A stretch of 58,196 nt of DNA, counting the filler, from Sphacelaria rigidula (Eukaryota): NCBI GenBank assembly GCA_964200075.2. It is 9 parts of 9 records of this genome, joined end to end, with 100 filler letters (N's around TTAATTAATTAA, not from the genome) between each part and the next. Parts side by side here need not be neighbours in the genome. Positions count along the whole stretch, not along the records: positions 32,391 to 38,767 come from CAXNAA020020447.1; positions 38,868 to 45,244 come from CAXNAA020020448.1; positions 45,345 to 51,720 come from CAXNAA020020449.1; 6 more parts are not named here. One strand, given 5' to 3'. Under the pieces are notes generated by a model. That model made no database searches and was not told where the DNA came from. It saw only the letters and a list, made by a program, of their open reading frames with translations. Made by a program: the position numbers and the translations under genes. This document shows, piece after piece, positions 36,116 to 48,245 of the stretch (position 1 is the first letter of the stretch; the number at the start of each line of letters is the position of its first letter).

Positions 36116-36562
36116 GTGTGTGTGCGCGTGTGTGCTTGCAGGTGTTAGCTTGTTTTTGTGCGTGAGTGGGGTGTTATTGTTGCGGGCGCTTTTGTGTTTT
36201 GAGGTGAGGGGCAATATTTTTTAAGCTCCGACTTCTCATGGGAATATCAGTTTCGCTTCGCTTTACACGCCACGGAAACCTTCAATTTTGCAAAATTGAA
36301 TCTGTGCAGAATGTGGGGATGAAGAAGTACTCTTTTTTTTTTAATTCTGTGGCTTTTGACCTGAAAGGAAAGAGGAGGCAATTCCCACCCTACACCCGAA
36401 GTCTGCTCTTATGACTGAAGCGCCACAAAAAAATGGAGTGTCTTGTATTTTTTTCGGTCTACGTGTGTTGTGTTTCGTTTTGTCTTTTATTTTGTCTTTT
36501 ATTTTGTAATTCTTTTACGTTGTCTTCATATTTCCTTGTATTCGTTTTGTTTCTGCGTCTAG

Positions 36563-36647
36563 GCGGAAGGATACCCAGGAAGGCGGTGGGAAAGAGGGGA
36601 GCGGGGACGGCAAAAAGGACGATAAGGGCAAGATTCGCAAGCACAAG
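36563..36647 (+). CDS. CHAF1A: CHAF1A exon (basic linker)
   Basis: TAG acceptor after a long pyrimidine tract and GTGAGA donor. A phase-2 entry gives RRKDTQEGGGKEGSGDGKKDDKGKIRKHK. Confidence 0.8.
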
Positions 36648-36870
36648 GTGAGAAGATAGTAATAGAGAACACATTGAACGGAAAGGCTTCGCCCCGACCC
36701 AAAATTTGGGAAAAAATGTTGAAACCACGAAGTACATGAGCAAATGATCAACCGTGAAGAACACGTAGAAAAACCCTCTTGTGAAGGAAAGTGCGCACCT
36801 AAACTCAACTTTGTTGCTGCTCGTGCATTTTGACCCCCTTCCCTACCTCCTCGCCTCATTTTTTTCGAAG

Positions 36871-36987
36871 GACTTCCCGGACGAATTGTTGCCTGCGCTG
36901 GTCGAAAAACTTCACGGCAAGACGGAGAAACGCGACGACGTGGTGGATTCCTTCGTGGCCGAGCACCCGTTGTGCACAAAAAAAGCG
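36871..36987 (+). CDS. CHAF1A: CHAF1A exon (start of the C-terminal winged-helix domain)
   Basis: AAG acceptor and GTAGGT donor. Translates DFPDELLPALVEKLHGKTEKRDDVVDSFVAEHPLCTKKA. Confidence 0.85.
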
Positions 36988-37329
36988 GTAGGTATCACGG
37001 AGAGTCCGCACACATCCCGACGATCGGTTTGGTAATTCCCAGGTGTTCGTCCGTTGTTGAGTAGTTCGTGTGTTGTCATTGGAAAAGAAACAATTGCTGT
37101 CTTGAATTGCAGCATGCACGACGAATAGAAAATAATGAAAAAAAACGGTTTGCAAAATGAAGTGGTCCAAATGAGACCCGATCTGATTCGGCCGAGCGCC
37201 GCAGATGGTTATGTGTGAGGCGGTCTCATACTACTATTATGCAGCACGTTATGGTCGTTTTTCTTGCGCGTGTCTGCTTTTCCTTTCCTCCACTTTTACT
37301 TTCACTTTTTCTTTTCTATTGCCTTACAG

Positions 37330-37602
37330 GTTCACCAAAAGGTCAAGGACATTGCCACACGCGAGCGGAGCCTCCATGGAGGCATGGTGTATGTCGTGTC
37401 GGCTGCGGTGCTGGAGAGCCTCCAGCTGGAGAAGGAAGCCGTGCCGCTGAAGCCTACTCAGGCAGAGCTTGCCGCCGCCGCGGCTGCCGCCTCCGCTGCG
37501 GCTGCGGCTGCCGCGGCTGCTGCTGCTGCTGCTGCTGCCGGTGGTAATGTCGCTTCGACGGCGGGCGGTTCGAGCGCGACCAGCCCGGGTACTGCAGAAA
37601 AG
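37330..37602 (+). CDS. CHAF1A: CHAF1A exon (end of the winged-helix domain plus poly-Ala)
   Basis: CAG acceptor and GTGCGA donor. Translates VHQKVKDIATRERSLHGGMVYVVSAAVLESLQLE...AAAA...TAEK. Confidence 0.82.
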
Positions 37603-38045
37603 GTGCGAAGATTTGTGCTCACACGCAGCGGGGGTTATCACACCAAATAGTCGTGGCGGTTCGCCCGCTGTGCAGAGCGCTATGAACGCCGCCTCGCGAC
37701 TGGGGTCCACACGCGTGTGGTGGTCGTGTTGTCAAGTATTCCATAAGGTTCTCTCCAACACCACGTCTTGATCATCATTTTTGCTTTATTAGTCGTTCGT
37801 TCCACTATTATAGTATCACGCATTATCTTGAGATACAACCGGTGATTTGCCCAAGGGTGTCGCCGGACGATCCGCCGTAGACGTCTGCACACAATGGCGT
37901 ACTGCACCAGGCACTCTACAACGTCCCCATCAACCCGACGCACGGGTTATAACTTCTGTCCGCTGAAGACATGTCCCACGGTTACTTATATACTTACGCA
38001 ACTCATCTGCAGGAAACATGTCTACGACTTTCGATATAGGTGCAA

Positions 38046-38767
38046 TCAAAACGCGAATTCGTCGTCGTCGTCTTTGCCCGCTTCCGATGCCGAATCCTCT
38101 TCCTCTGAGTCGCTACACTCGGAGTCTGAATCTCCAAGCCAGATCCCGGCTGAATGCTTGGATCCGCCCTCTGGCGGACCATCTAGACCGCCGTCGCCAC
38201 AACTGCGACAGCTAGGATCTGGTCCCGGATCCGATTTCCCTCCCGCTACCCTCGCCATCCTCTCGCTATCTCGTCGGCAGCACTCCTCACCATGACTACC
38301 ATCAACACCTGCCCCCGGGGCCTTCCTCGCTCCATTCCCCTGCCCCCCGCCACGCAACGCCTCTGACCCGCCCCTTCCACGGTTCGCCGTGAATCCGCCC
38401 CTCCCCTTACGACATTGGCGGGACGTATCGACATTTCCTCCGGCGGAATCGCCTGTAGCAGTAGCGTCGGCCGCTGGGTCAGGGGGTGGCGGCAAAAAGC
38501 AGCGGCCCTGGCAACCGCAGCTCAACGTACGATTCCCCAAACATCTGCAATCTCGGCACCGGTGGCGTCTTTGCGCCGCCCTTTCCGGCTTGCACGCGCA
38601 TCTCAGGGTTCGCACAATCCCGGATGTTTCGACATACTGTGGCTTGACAAGTATACAACTATGTTGTGCCGTGTAAGCTCCACCGCTCTTCTGCTCGCGG
38701 CCTTCACCACACCCTTGTGGTGAGTCTTTTTTTCTGGTTCAACGCCCCATCCGCGCCCGTTGAAGTT
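38046..38767 (-). mobile_element. C-terminal coding fragment with a Cys8 cluster and acidic tail; possible Academ-type transposon protein
   Basis: Reads NFNGRGWGVE, then after a one-base shift LRCACKPERAAQRRHRCRDCRCLGNRTLSCGCQGRC, then a Gly/Asp/Glu tail to a stop at 38046. It is truncated by the contig end. Confidence 0.45.
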
Positions 38768-38937
38768 NNNNNNNNNNNNNNNNNNNNNNNNNNNNNNNNN
38801 NNNNNNNNNNNTTAATTAATTAANNNNNNNNNNNNNNNNNNNNNNNNNNNNNNNNNNNNNNNNNNNNCTAGATTTTAATCCTCCGGGTTCTCATCCTCAA
38901 TCAAAAGCACCATCCTCAACATAGATGATTGGCTGTT

Positions 38938-40049
38938 TTGTGGAGAAAGTTGTGGGAAGCTGGGATCAGAGGAAAGATGTGGAGAATGGTGAAGATGACA
39001 GAATGTGCCAAAAGTGCCATGATGCTAGACGGGGAAATATCGAGCTATTTTGATATTCTGCAAGGAGGTACAAAAGGATGTACGTTATCGCCCACTTTGT
39101 TTAAGGAATTTATCAATGACTTGATAATAGCAACAGACTAAGAGCAGCAAAGCGAGGGGTCAAGGTGGGTAAAGATGTGATATCAGGACTGATGTTCGCA
39201 GATGATTTTGTGGGGATTTCAGGAACACCAGAAGGATTGAAAAAGTGAATATAAAAGGCGCTAGAATACACTAGGAAATGGAGAGTAACGGCGAACGTCA
39301 ACAAATGCGCGGTACTCGTCTTTGACGAAGATAAGAAAAATGCGGTCGAGTTCAAATGGAAGTGGGGAAAAGAGGAACTGCCGATCGTAGACCAGTATAC
39401 ATACCTTGGCGTGGAGATCTCAAGAAACTGTTATTGGGATGCACACATAAACAAACTAATCGAAAAGGGTAAGGCACAGATAGGAAGGTTGGACGTGATC
39501 CACAGAGATTCGCACCTAGACACAAGGATTAAGAGATGTATCCTGATGAACGTGATCGTACCAAAGCTGGAATGTGCAAGAGAAGTATGGGAGGGGAACA
39601 TGAAGCTGGCGAAAAAGTTGGATACAGTACAGATGGCAGCAGTCAACAAGATCCTGGGATACTCGAAAACGACGAGTAATACAGTATTGAGAGCAAAGTT
39701 GGGAATGTCCATACCTACAACTAACAAATACATTAGAAAACTGCGATGGCAATACAGCGTAAAGGACATGCAGAGAAAAGAGACTACCAGCTATAGCTGA
39801 TAGGGATGTATGGCAGAAACGTACGAAGGGCGTGCTATAAGGTGGGATAGAGAAGTCGAGAAAGTATGGAAGGAGATGGGAGCAAACCAAGACGAAAAAC
39901 TGTCCATTGGTGAAGGCGCGGGGTACAAGGCAAAAGTAAGAGACATAATAGAAATCAAGGGGAAAGGAGTGCTCAGACGCGATGCAGACGAGGAAGGACG
40001 CCTGGAGATATACGGGGGTTAAGAGAGGGAATCGGGATGAAAGCATACT
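38938..40049 (+). mobile_element. Decayed non-LTR retrotransposon (LINE) ORF2, RT C-terminal half
   Basis: Contains LWRKLWEAGIRGKMWR, QGGTKGCTLSPTLF, GLMFADDFVGISGTPEG, DQYTYLGVEIS and TSNTVLRAKLG, with in-frame stops and frameshifts. Confidence 0.93.
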
Positions 40050-41206
40050 AGGGTAGGTCGAGTAGAGTATACTCAATACTCAGTATTTCTAAAGAGTCAT
40101 ACTTTTAGTACTCGAAGTTTGAGTAGACTATTTGAGATCATACTCAACGTACTCAAAATTTGAGTAGAGTATTTGAGGTCATACTCAAGCGATACTCTAT
40201 ACTCAAGTATTACTGAGAGTGCATACTCAATATTTATTTGAGGTCGTACTCGATCTACTCAAAATTTGAGTAGAATATTTGAGGCCGTACTCTTCGTACT
40301 CAAAATTTGAGCAGGGTATTTGAGGCCGTACTCTTCGTACTCAAAATTTGAGTAGGGTCTTTCAGGCCGTACTCGACCTACTCAAAACTTCAGTATAGTA
40401 TCGGAGGCCGGGTCTGATGTACCAAAACCTGTAACTTCAACGTCTTCCTTCCTCTGGCGACTGGTCCGATGTTCTCCTGTTTTGCACTGTTTCCACCGCT
40501 GGCTCTCCCATGGAGGAGTCACATATGTGGCCAGTAGAGTTGCTCATTTTGATCATACCCACTCGACTACTCGTCTATCCGATTACTCCATAATGATGAG
40601 TAGTGCTCTGTACTGAAAGTAATATCGAAGGCGTTGCGAGGTATCGAGTATGAACTGCCGTGGGCGGGGGCTAGTGAGATGGGGCAGGTAGGTTCATTCA
40701 CCTGCACGTTTTTTTTCTTTTATAGCCATCGTTCGCCCATGCATTCAACATAGTCTGCAAAGTGACGTCTCGAAGTCGCCGACAGTCAGGGGTACTCACC
40801 ATATCCACGGGGTACTCTATACTCAAGTATTACTGAGAGTGCGTACTCAATATTTGAGTAGAGTATTTGAGGTCGTACTCGATCTACTCAAAATTTGGGT
40901 AGAGTATTTGAGGACGTACTCGACGTACTCAAAATTTGAGTAGAGTATTTGAGATCATACTCAACGTACTCAAAATTCGAGTAGAGTATTGAGGCCATAC
41001 TCTAGTGATACTCAATACTCGAATATTGCTGAGAATGCTTACTCAGTATTTGATACAGTATTTGAGTTCGAACTCGACGTGCTCAAAATTTGAGTAGAGC
41101 ATTTGAGGCCGTACTCACCGTACTCAAACGTCGAGTAGAGTAAATACTTGAGTATTGAGTATTTTACTCGAGTACTCAAAAGTACATACTCTACTCGACC
41201 TACCCT
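40050..41206. mobile_element. Non-autonomous TIR element (hAT-like AGGG termini) with arrays of palindromic subterminal repeats
   Basis: Perfect 20-bp TIR AGGGTAGGTCGAGTAGAGTA / TACTCTACTCGACCTACCCT. There are about 38-bp repeats containing TACTCAAAATTTGAGTA at both ends, and the element abuts the LINE. Confidence 0.88.
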
Positions 41207-41479
41207 TGCAACATTTCCTCACGCCTCGCCAAACTTACCCGGACTAGTGGTGGGTACTCGAGGCACACGACACGGAACATGTTCCCATAAATGTAATAAT
41301 GGATAGTGATGAGCTATGAAGGCGGCGTGTCCGCCATCTCATGGGTCTCCATGCCAAATATCCTGTACACGGCAGCTGACCGCATCCGCCAACGCCTCAG
41401 CACTAAACTGGGGGACAACAGGCTAGGTGTTCCCCCCCCCCCCCCCCCCCCCCCCACACCCGCCACTCCGCCTTGTCGG

Positions 41480-43930
41480 GCTGCGGCGCCCTCTAATCGT
41501 TTTTCAAAAACTCGATTTTTCGATTTTGGGGCCTGCGTGTCCAGAAATTGTTTTTCGACAGACCCTTGGATTTTCACAAGGTAATAATTTGAATATTGTA
41601 TCAACCCTCCGCCAGCCTCGTCTCAGAGCAGTATTGTCAGCTGACGGTCGAGGGGAATCCAGAGGTTCTTGGGAAGCGTAGGGGGCATTTCGTGAATGGA
41701 GGTGGGTGAGATTTTCCAGTTTTTTTTAGGAGGATCCTCGATAAACCATGCGTGCTGCCAGGAGTTTTTGAGGTCGAGCAACAGGCTTGAGGGTGGTGGA
41801 ATGACTATTTTCGTAGTATTTTCGTAGTTCTGATCGGTCGAAACGGTCATTATGTTTACGATTCTCTCAGCGGTTACGGCAGTTTGTCTCACTTCTGCAA
41901 CAACCATTGACAATTGGAGTCCCCCCCCCCCCCCGCGCGCGAGCCACCTTTGCGACCTGTCTGCCCCCTCGTGTGCTGCCAATACCACTGCATACTTTGC
42001 CTTTGCCGTACAATACTGAGCAGGCATAAAATTAGCGTGTGGCAGACTGCGTCCAATGGTGAGGGGTGGCACACTATCTGCTGTGTTGTGTATTTTATAT
42101 CCAGCAACTAATGCGAAAAATGCGTCTGCGATAGCAGCAGCACTACAGACGGCACAGTACAGCTGAAGAGGTTTGACCTGCCTACCTGCGACATCGGCAC
42201 ATGCTTGAGGTGTGTCACCTCGGCCCCGCGAGTACCAGACCACGGACGCATGGGCAAATCGCATGTTGTTTGCATTTATCGCAGCCGTATTGGTTGGGCG
42301 GCACCGTGCTCCACTCGCAAAGCATGAAAGCATTCACCCGGCGAAAATGGATCGGCGAAGATCCACATGGACTTGACGTGTCGCCCAAGGCCGGTCTGGG
42401 GGTTTCCCGCACTACACTCCATACAAATTCTAAGTATCGAAAGGTGTATGCAAGCAAGCATTTGAAAAAACGGTCCTGTACTCGTAGTACGTCGTAGTTT
42501 CGAAGCCAAATTGACAACAGGCCACTGTGGTGAATGTGGATCAGTGTTTGAGGCCAAGAGGCTTGGATTCAAGCTACAATCGTTCACGTTGTCAAAAACT
42601 TGTACTGCGAACACCCCCATCCCGCGCACCGGATCACTTCACTGGAGAGAAGGGTAGGTAAAGCACATACTGTACTTCATTCTTCTCGGTTGAGTAGATA
42701 GTGGCCAATGTCATGCGTCTGGCACTTCGGATCCGGGGCGTGACCATGGCGGAAAAGCAGCAGGGGCACCAAACGCAAGTTGGGGAAACCACACCCTGGA
42801 CAACAGATTACTTAGTCAGAAAGTGTACCGCGTACAGCATCGACCATCGCGTCTACAGGTACTGTAGTTGACAGGAGATTCAACACTGTACGCAGTACAC
42901 TTTTTGACATCGTCATCCATCGTCCAGGGTGTTGAGGAAATATCCATCGCTCTCACTCAACAGATTATTTCCGCCTGTCGTGCCCACTGCTTTACCCTTA
43001 CTGATAGCTGTCATTGCTCCGAACGCCTGGTGACGGGGCTCCGGGTCGGGCCAACTTTTTCGGCGGGACGATTCATAACGCTCTTACCCCACCGTATCGT
43101 ACCCTATAAGTGTCGAATACACGAAAAAATGACCATCCCTTGCATGACCCATCGTCCCACGTGATGTTTGGGCAGCTCTTGCTGCTTGTGGGATTCCCGA
43201 TGAGAGTCAAAGTGATCGTTCTGGGTTAAACCAGATTTGAGTGAGTGCTTTTGGAACGTGACTTTTCGATGTCGATAGTAAGACCACGACCTCAAGATCT
43301 CACGACGACTACTCGTACCCTGGAGACAACGAGTCCTTCATTTGACACGAGCTAACGACCGTCGGACACCTGGATCTTGCAGCCAGTTTTCAAGCGACGA
43401 CACTGCCGATTCAGCACATGACCCATCCCGGCGGTCGAGGGCTTCGACATCATGTACACGATCTTTGGTTCATGAGCCACAGACAGTATGTACATACACA
43501 ACAGGTGGATGCTTAAGCACAGCAACCGCCCATGGGAAATAGGAATGATCCGACGATCGGGGGAGCGGGTGTTTCGGGCCAACCGTTGCACGAGGAGTTG
43601 GAGTGCCGCTGCGAGAGCAGCAAGTTTCATGGACATGTTGATGGTGTCAACACTAAACACACGCACACGCATTCATACCGCCTATAGACGTTCGCGGCCA
43701 CATACAAACGCAAAACAAATACATTAGCTCATGTACCACCCCCTTTGTTTCGTGCAACCGAATGTTGCCCCCGTACAGCAGGATCAGTGCTGCGAAGCTG
43801 AACCGCAGACCCACCTTCTCTTGGCCTTCTGTGAGCCGCAGCTTGCCGCCTTGCATGCTTCCTGGGTTGTCGAACAGCCCTAAATCAACCTGCTTCCGGT
43901 CGTGGATGACCGTGGCGGGGGTTGTCATAT
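41480..43930 (-). pseudogene. Degenerate coding relic, possibly a MULE/SWIM transposase
   Basis: Minus-strand protein-like fragments include YGCDKCKQHAICPCVRGL (degenerate SWIM-like) and FSVDT...DRRIIPISHG. The frame is heavily disrupted. Confidence 0.3.
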
Positions 43931-44611
43931 CTCGGGGTAAACCTTGTCACTTCTACGTTTGGCAGGATACTGTGCTCTGTCTTAGTTGTTATGCTGTGCT
44001 TGAATTCTGATCAGTGGCGGTTGCGTGTGAGACATTGCACAGACTGAGCGATGTTGCTCCCGGTTAGTGTCACGTTGTTTAACATACTCAAAGGAAAAGA
44101 GGCATGCTGGAGTGAGTCGGGTGAATATTGCTCATAATAATGAATCTTGGCGATCAACCCTGGAAAATATTTATCAAGATTTTATCTAAGAGGTCTAACG
44201 TTCCTCTGCCTACGGCCCACCTCAGCACATGAGATCGCGATGGATACACTATGAACCTGAAGCTGGAGAAACGCTTCTTGTACAAATTCGAAAGTCATTT
44301 TCCATTCTTCCGTTTAAAATCCCGGTCGGCAGCGGCTCGAGATCTTCACGCGCGTGTGCTTCGACGGCTCTCAATGTACTTGATTGCGTTTATATACAAG
44401 GGAAAAGGCGTGTACCGAAAATATGTTGGGTTAAGTATAGGGGCGAAGCCGTGGTCTAATTCTAATGGCTGGACTGTCACCATCAGGGTGAAAAACTGGG
44501 CTCGATTTTTTTGTTTCCCTTCGAAATGTAAGATTTCCACCATCGAAAACGTGAGGACGTGGGAAGAGATAGGTTGATTGATCCCTTGAGGCCACGGGCT
44601 CGTCCCGAGGA

Positions 44612-44653
<42 letters not shown>

Positions 44654-45198
44654 AAAAAAAAACACAGGGAAGGAGGGGGGGGGGGAGAAANNNNNNNNNN
44701 GAGATAGAGAAGTAAAATAGAGGAGAGAGATGTGGTGCAGGGAGGGGTGAGAGAGGAGGAGGGGGGGGGGGGGGGGGGGAGGGGGTTAGCGTGTGAAAAG
44801 AAAACAATCGTGTGCCGATAGAGTGTGACAGAGACAAAAAAAGCTCGTGTGTCCATCAATATATTGGTTCAAGGACAGCACGTGCCCCAATATTCGCCAG
44901 GAGGAATGTGACGACGACTCTGCCATGTATGATACTTCAGTACTTCGTATTAGCTATGATGTGACGACGAAATATCTTGACGTCTGCGCGGTGTGCAAGG
45001 TTACCCGCTGGATCGGCGGTATCCGCATGCACGACTTTCACACTCCCACCAGGTAAGTGCGTCGCACTTGAAGCACTCCCTCGGCTGTCTTGCCTTCTTT
45101 CAGAATAATATTCTTGTGGTAACCTCATCGTCTTATCGATCGAAGCTGTCCTCGTACATGGACAAATCCCCGGCGCTATCCTAAGCCGGTCGCCGGTC

Positions 45199-45244
45199 GC
45201 CCCGGTGGCTCAGTTGGTAACCACGTAACCTTCTGATGGTTGAG
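45199..45244 (+). mobile_element. tRNA-like 5' head (second SINE type or tRNA fragment), truncated by the contig end
   Basis: GCCCCGGTGGCTCAGTTGGT contains a canonical box A. Box B lies beyond the contig end. Confidence 0.5.
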
Positions 45245-45344
45245 NNNNNNNNNNNNNNNNNNNNNNNNNNNNNNNNNNNNNNNNNNNNTTAATTAATTAA
45301 NNNNNNNNNNNNNNNNNNNNNNNNNNNNNNNNNNNNNNNNNNNN

Positions 45345-47600
45345 TCTGTGTCTGTAGTCCTTCTGGTGTTCCTGAAATCCCCACAAAATCATCCGCGAAC
45401 ATCGATCCTGATACTATATCTTCACCCACCTTGACGCCTTGCTTCGCTGCTTCTGTTGCTATTATCAAAGTCATCAACGAATACCTTGAATAGAGCGGGC
45501 GATAGCGTACATTCTTGTGCAACTCCTTGTAAAATATCAAAATATCTTGATATCCTCGTCTGGCATCATAGCACGTTCGGCACATTGTGTCATCTTCTTC
45601 ATCATTCTCCACATATTTCTTCTCATCCCAGCTTCCCACAGCTTTTTCACAACCCATTTCTCCATACTGTGTCATAAGCCTGTTGTGTGTCCAAAAAGAA
45701 ACGGTACGTTTTGAGCCCGGTGATCTTCCTCCCCTGAATAATCTTACCTAGTGTTTACACATGATCTACGCAACTACGGCTCGGTCTCGATCCTGCTTGC
45801 CGCTCGCTGATTTTCTATTCCTTTTCTAGCATCGTCCCTACTCTATCGTCCAGGATCTTACAGAACGTCTTCCCTTTCGTGCTCAGTAGCCTTATTCCTC
45901 TATTATGTTTTGGGTTAGCCTTGTCTCCTTTTTTGAAAAGGTTGACGACTACTCCTTCTCTCCACCTCTTGGGTGTGTACTCGTTTTCCCTGATCCAGTT
46001 ATGCAGCATAACCATCATGGTAATCATTTCCCCTCCCCCGTACTTTAGAAATTAATTCACCATTTTGTCTGCCCCTACTGCCTTTTTTTCTTGCTACGTA
46101 TTCCTTTACTTCATCTCTGGTAAACTCTGCGATTATCTCGAGCCACTGTCCCCTCGTTTTGACGTCTCTTCATTTGCCTCTGCCCGCGCGTTGATTTCTT
46201 TTGCGAATTCCATGTCGAACTCCGTGGTTGTTTTTGGTGTTCCTAGTTTCCGGTAGTGCTCGACTAGCACTTCTCTCTTCCCCTTCGAAATACTGACCAT
46301 TTTACCGTTCGGTGCCCAGAGTGTGGGTATCTCGTTGTGCATCCTTCTTGCCTGGTTCCCCATTATCCCTTTTATCCTTAACCACATTTGTTTCATCCCG
46401 CCATCGAAATCTTTTTTTGTTTTGTTCACCACGTCTTTCCATACTCCCTTCCTTTTCTTCTGTACCATATTGGTTACTTCCTTCGAGCTTTTGTATACTC
46501 CTCCCACCCTGAGGTACGCAGTTATACTCGATGTGCATCTCGCGTGGGCCACTCTGCTTACTTTTATAGCCTCTTTTACTCCTTTATCCAACCATTTTAC
46601 TGCTCTGTTCCATACGATCAGCTTCTTCGCTATGATTTCACTCGCTGTGTTCTTGACCAGCTGCTCTCATCCTTCTATGATCTTCGCTCCTGCCCGATTG
46701 CTTTCCATTTCGGTATCAACTGTACCTACGTGTTTCAACAGCTCGGAAAATTTCACTGCATTCTTGGCCATCTCTTCTCGAATCTTGCCGTTTTTCTTCC
46801 ATATCTAATTTATCGATTCTCCATTTGTACAACTTCCTATCCCGTCTATTTCTTTTACTCGTAGCTCTCGTCTGTTGGCTTTCTGTCCATATTAGACAAT
46901 GATCTGTCTGTCATACATGTATTTCCATTTCTCTACTATTCCCATGCTCTACCACTATATAGTCAAGAACGACGAATTATCTCGTTTTTGCATTTTTTAG
47001 TCCATGTCCATTGCGCCTCTGGCTTTTGTGCTCTATCGTTCAAGGTCTTTATCTCATTATGCTCGAGGAAGTTCGGCATGTCTACCCATTCGTGTTCTTT
47101 TTTATCTTCCCCTTATCGCCCAATGATATCATCCGGTTGACCTGCTCTTCCTACCCTTGCATTGAAATCTCTCATTAACATTACTTCTCCTTGCCTTAAA
47201 TACTTATACACATCTGCTGCTATCTCTCCAAACCTCCGTTGTATATCGTTTTCACCCTACTCTTCGATTCTGGGGGCATATAGATGTTCCCTATGAAGAA
47301 GTTCTTCGTTCCCCGCTCTCCTGGTGCCCTTATCCATATATGCTCTCGTCGAATATCGTGTCGTCGATCATTTTTGTACTGTCACACAGATATTCCTTGG
47401 CTGATAATCCTACCCCCCCCACTCCCCTTCTCTTGGACTTCTGTCCCTTCCGTTTCTTTTCTATCCATGCGTCCTCTCCAACTTTGCATCCTATTTCTAC
47501 CCCCTCTTCCTCCCATGACTCTCGGATTCCTACAATATCTAGGTCGCGCTGACGTACTTGTTGCGCTATCTCTATTATTTTGGGCTTGTCTGTGACGAAT
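45345..47600 (-). mobile_element. Decayed LINE ORF2 (APE endonuclease plus RT N-terminal part); same family as 38938-40049
   Basis: Endonuclease motifs GIRESW, GEVMLMRDFNARVG (GDFNA-like) and DYIV. RT region WREGVVVNLFKKGD...RGIRLLS..GK and GSMFADDFVGISGTPEG. Multiple disruptions. Confidence 0.92.
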
Positions 47601-48139
47601 CCACATACGTTCCACGATCCTATTCTTATCTTCCTTTCCGAAACATTATCTGCTTCCCTGTTGTCTGCTGTTCTCTCTCCGTCGCTTTTACGTCTACTTT
47701 TCCTTGCTTGATTGTTCTTTCTGTTTTCTGCGATGGTCTTTGTCTATTTGTTTCGGGTCGCTATGTCCCCTCCCGTTCCCCTTCCTAGCACTTACCTGTT
47801 CCTGCCTCTTCCGCCCTCCGTTTTCCCGTGGACTGCGTCTTTGGTTTGTTCTTCCATCAGCCATGCACACGCTCCATCCTACTTTTCGACACTTCACTTG
47901 TCTCCATTATTTCCCACTCCTTGCTCGCGCTCTGTTTTAGCGTGGCTCGGAAGTGTTCTCCCCCCCCCCCCCTTCTACATTTTTCTACTTCACCTCTTGC
48001 CCAACAGTATAGTCCAACTTCATTGCATTTCCATTTAAACTCTATTCTCGTCATATCGCTACGAACTCCGAATACCAGTACTACTAGTAAAACACCCGTC
48101 CACTCTTTACTTCTCCGTCCACCCTCCCTTACCTACTCT

Positions 48140-48245
48140 TTCTCTCGATCTCTTTCGAGAGTATCTCCAGCTTGTTTGTTTCAATTGCATTGGTGGGATG
48201 CAGTCAACGTACTGGGACATCCCAATCCTAGTACTCGTTGGGGGT
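48140..48245. repeat. Dispersed repeat shared with 1858-1965
   Basis: TCTCTCGATCTCTTT.GAGAG.ATCTCCAGCTTGTT.GTTT...CTGGGACATCCCAATCCTAGTACT.GTTG occurs at both sites. Confidence 0.85.

Noticed and set aside
682..37602. PIGK, RWP-RK-like, PPP phosphatase and CHAF1A as a functional cluster
   Set aside because: They lie on separate size-sorted contigs, so their proximity is artificial.
40080..41200. CRISPR-like palindromic repeats
   Set aside because: The repeats are contiguous and degenerate, lack unique spacers, and are bounded by TIRs, so they are transposon subterminal repeats.
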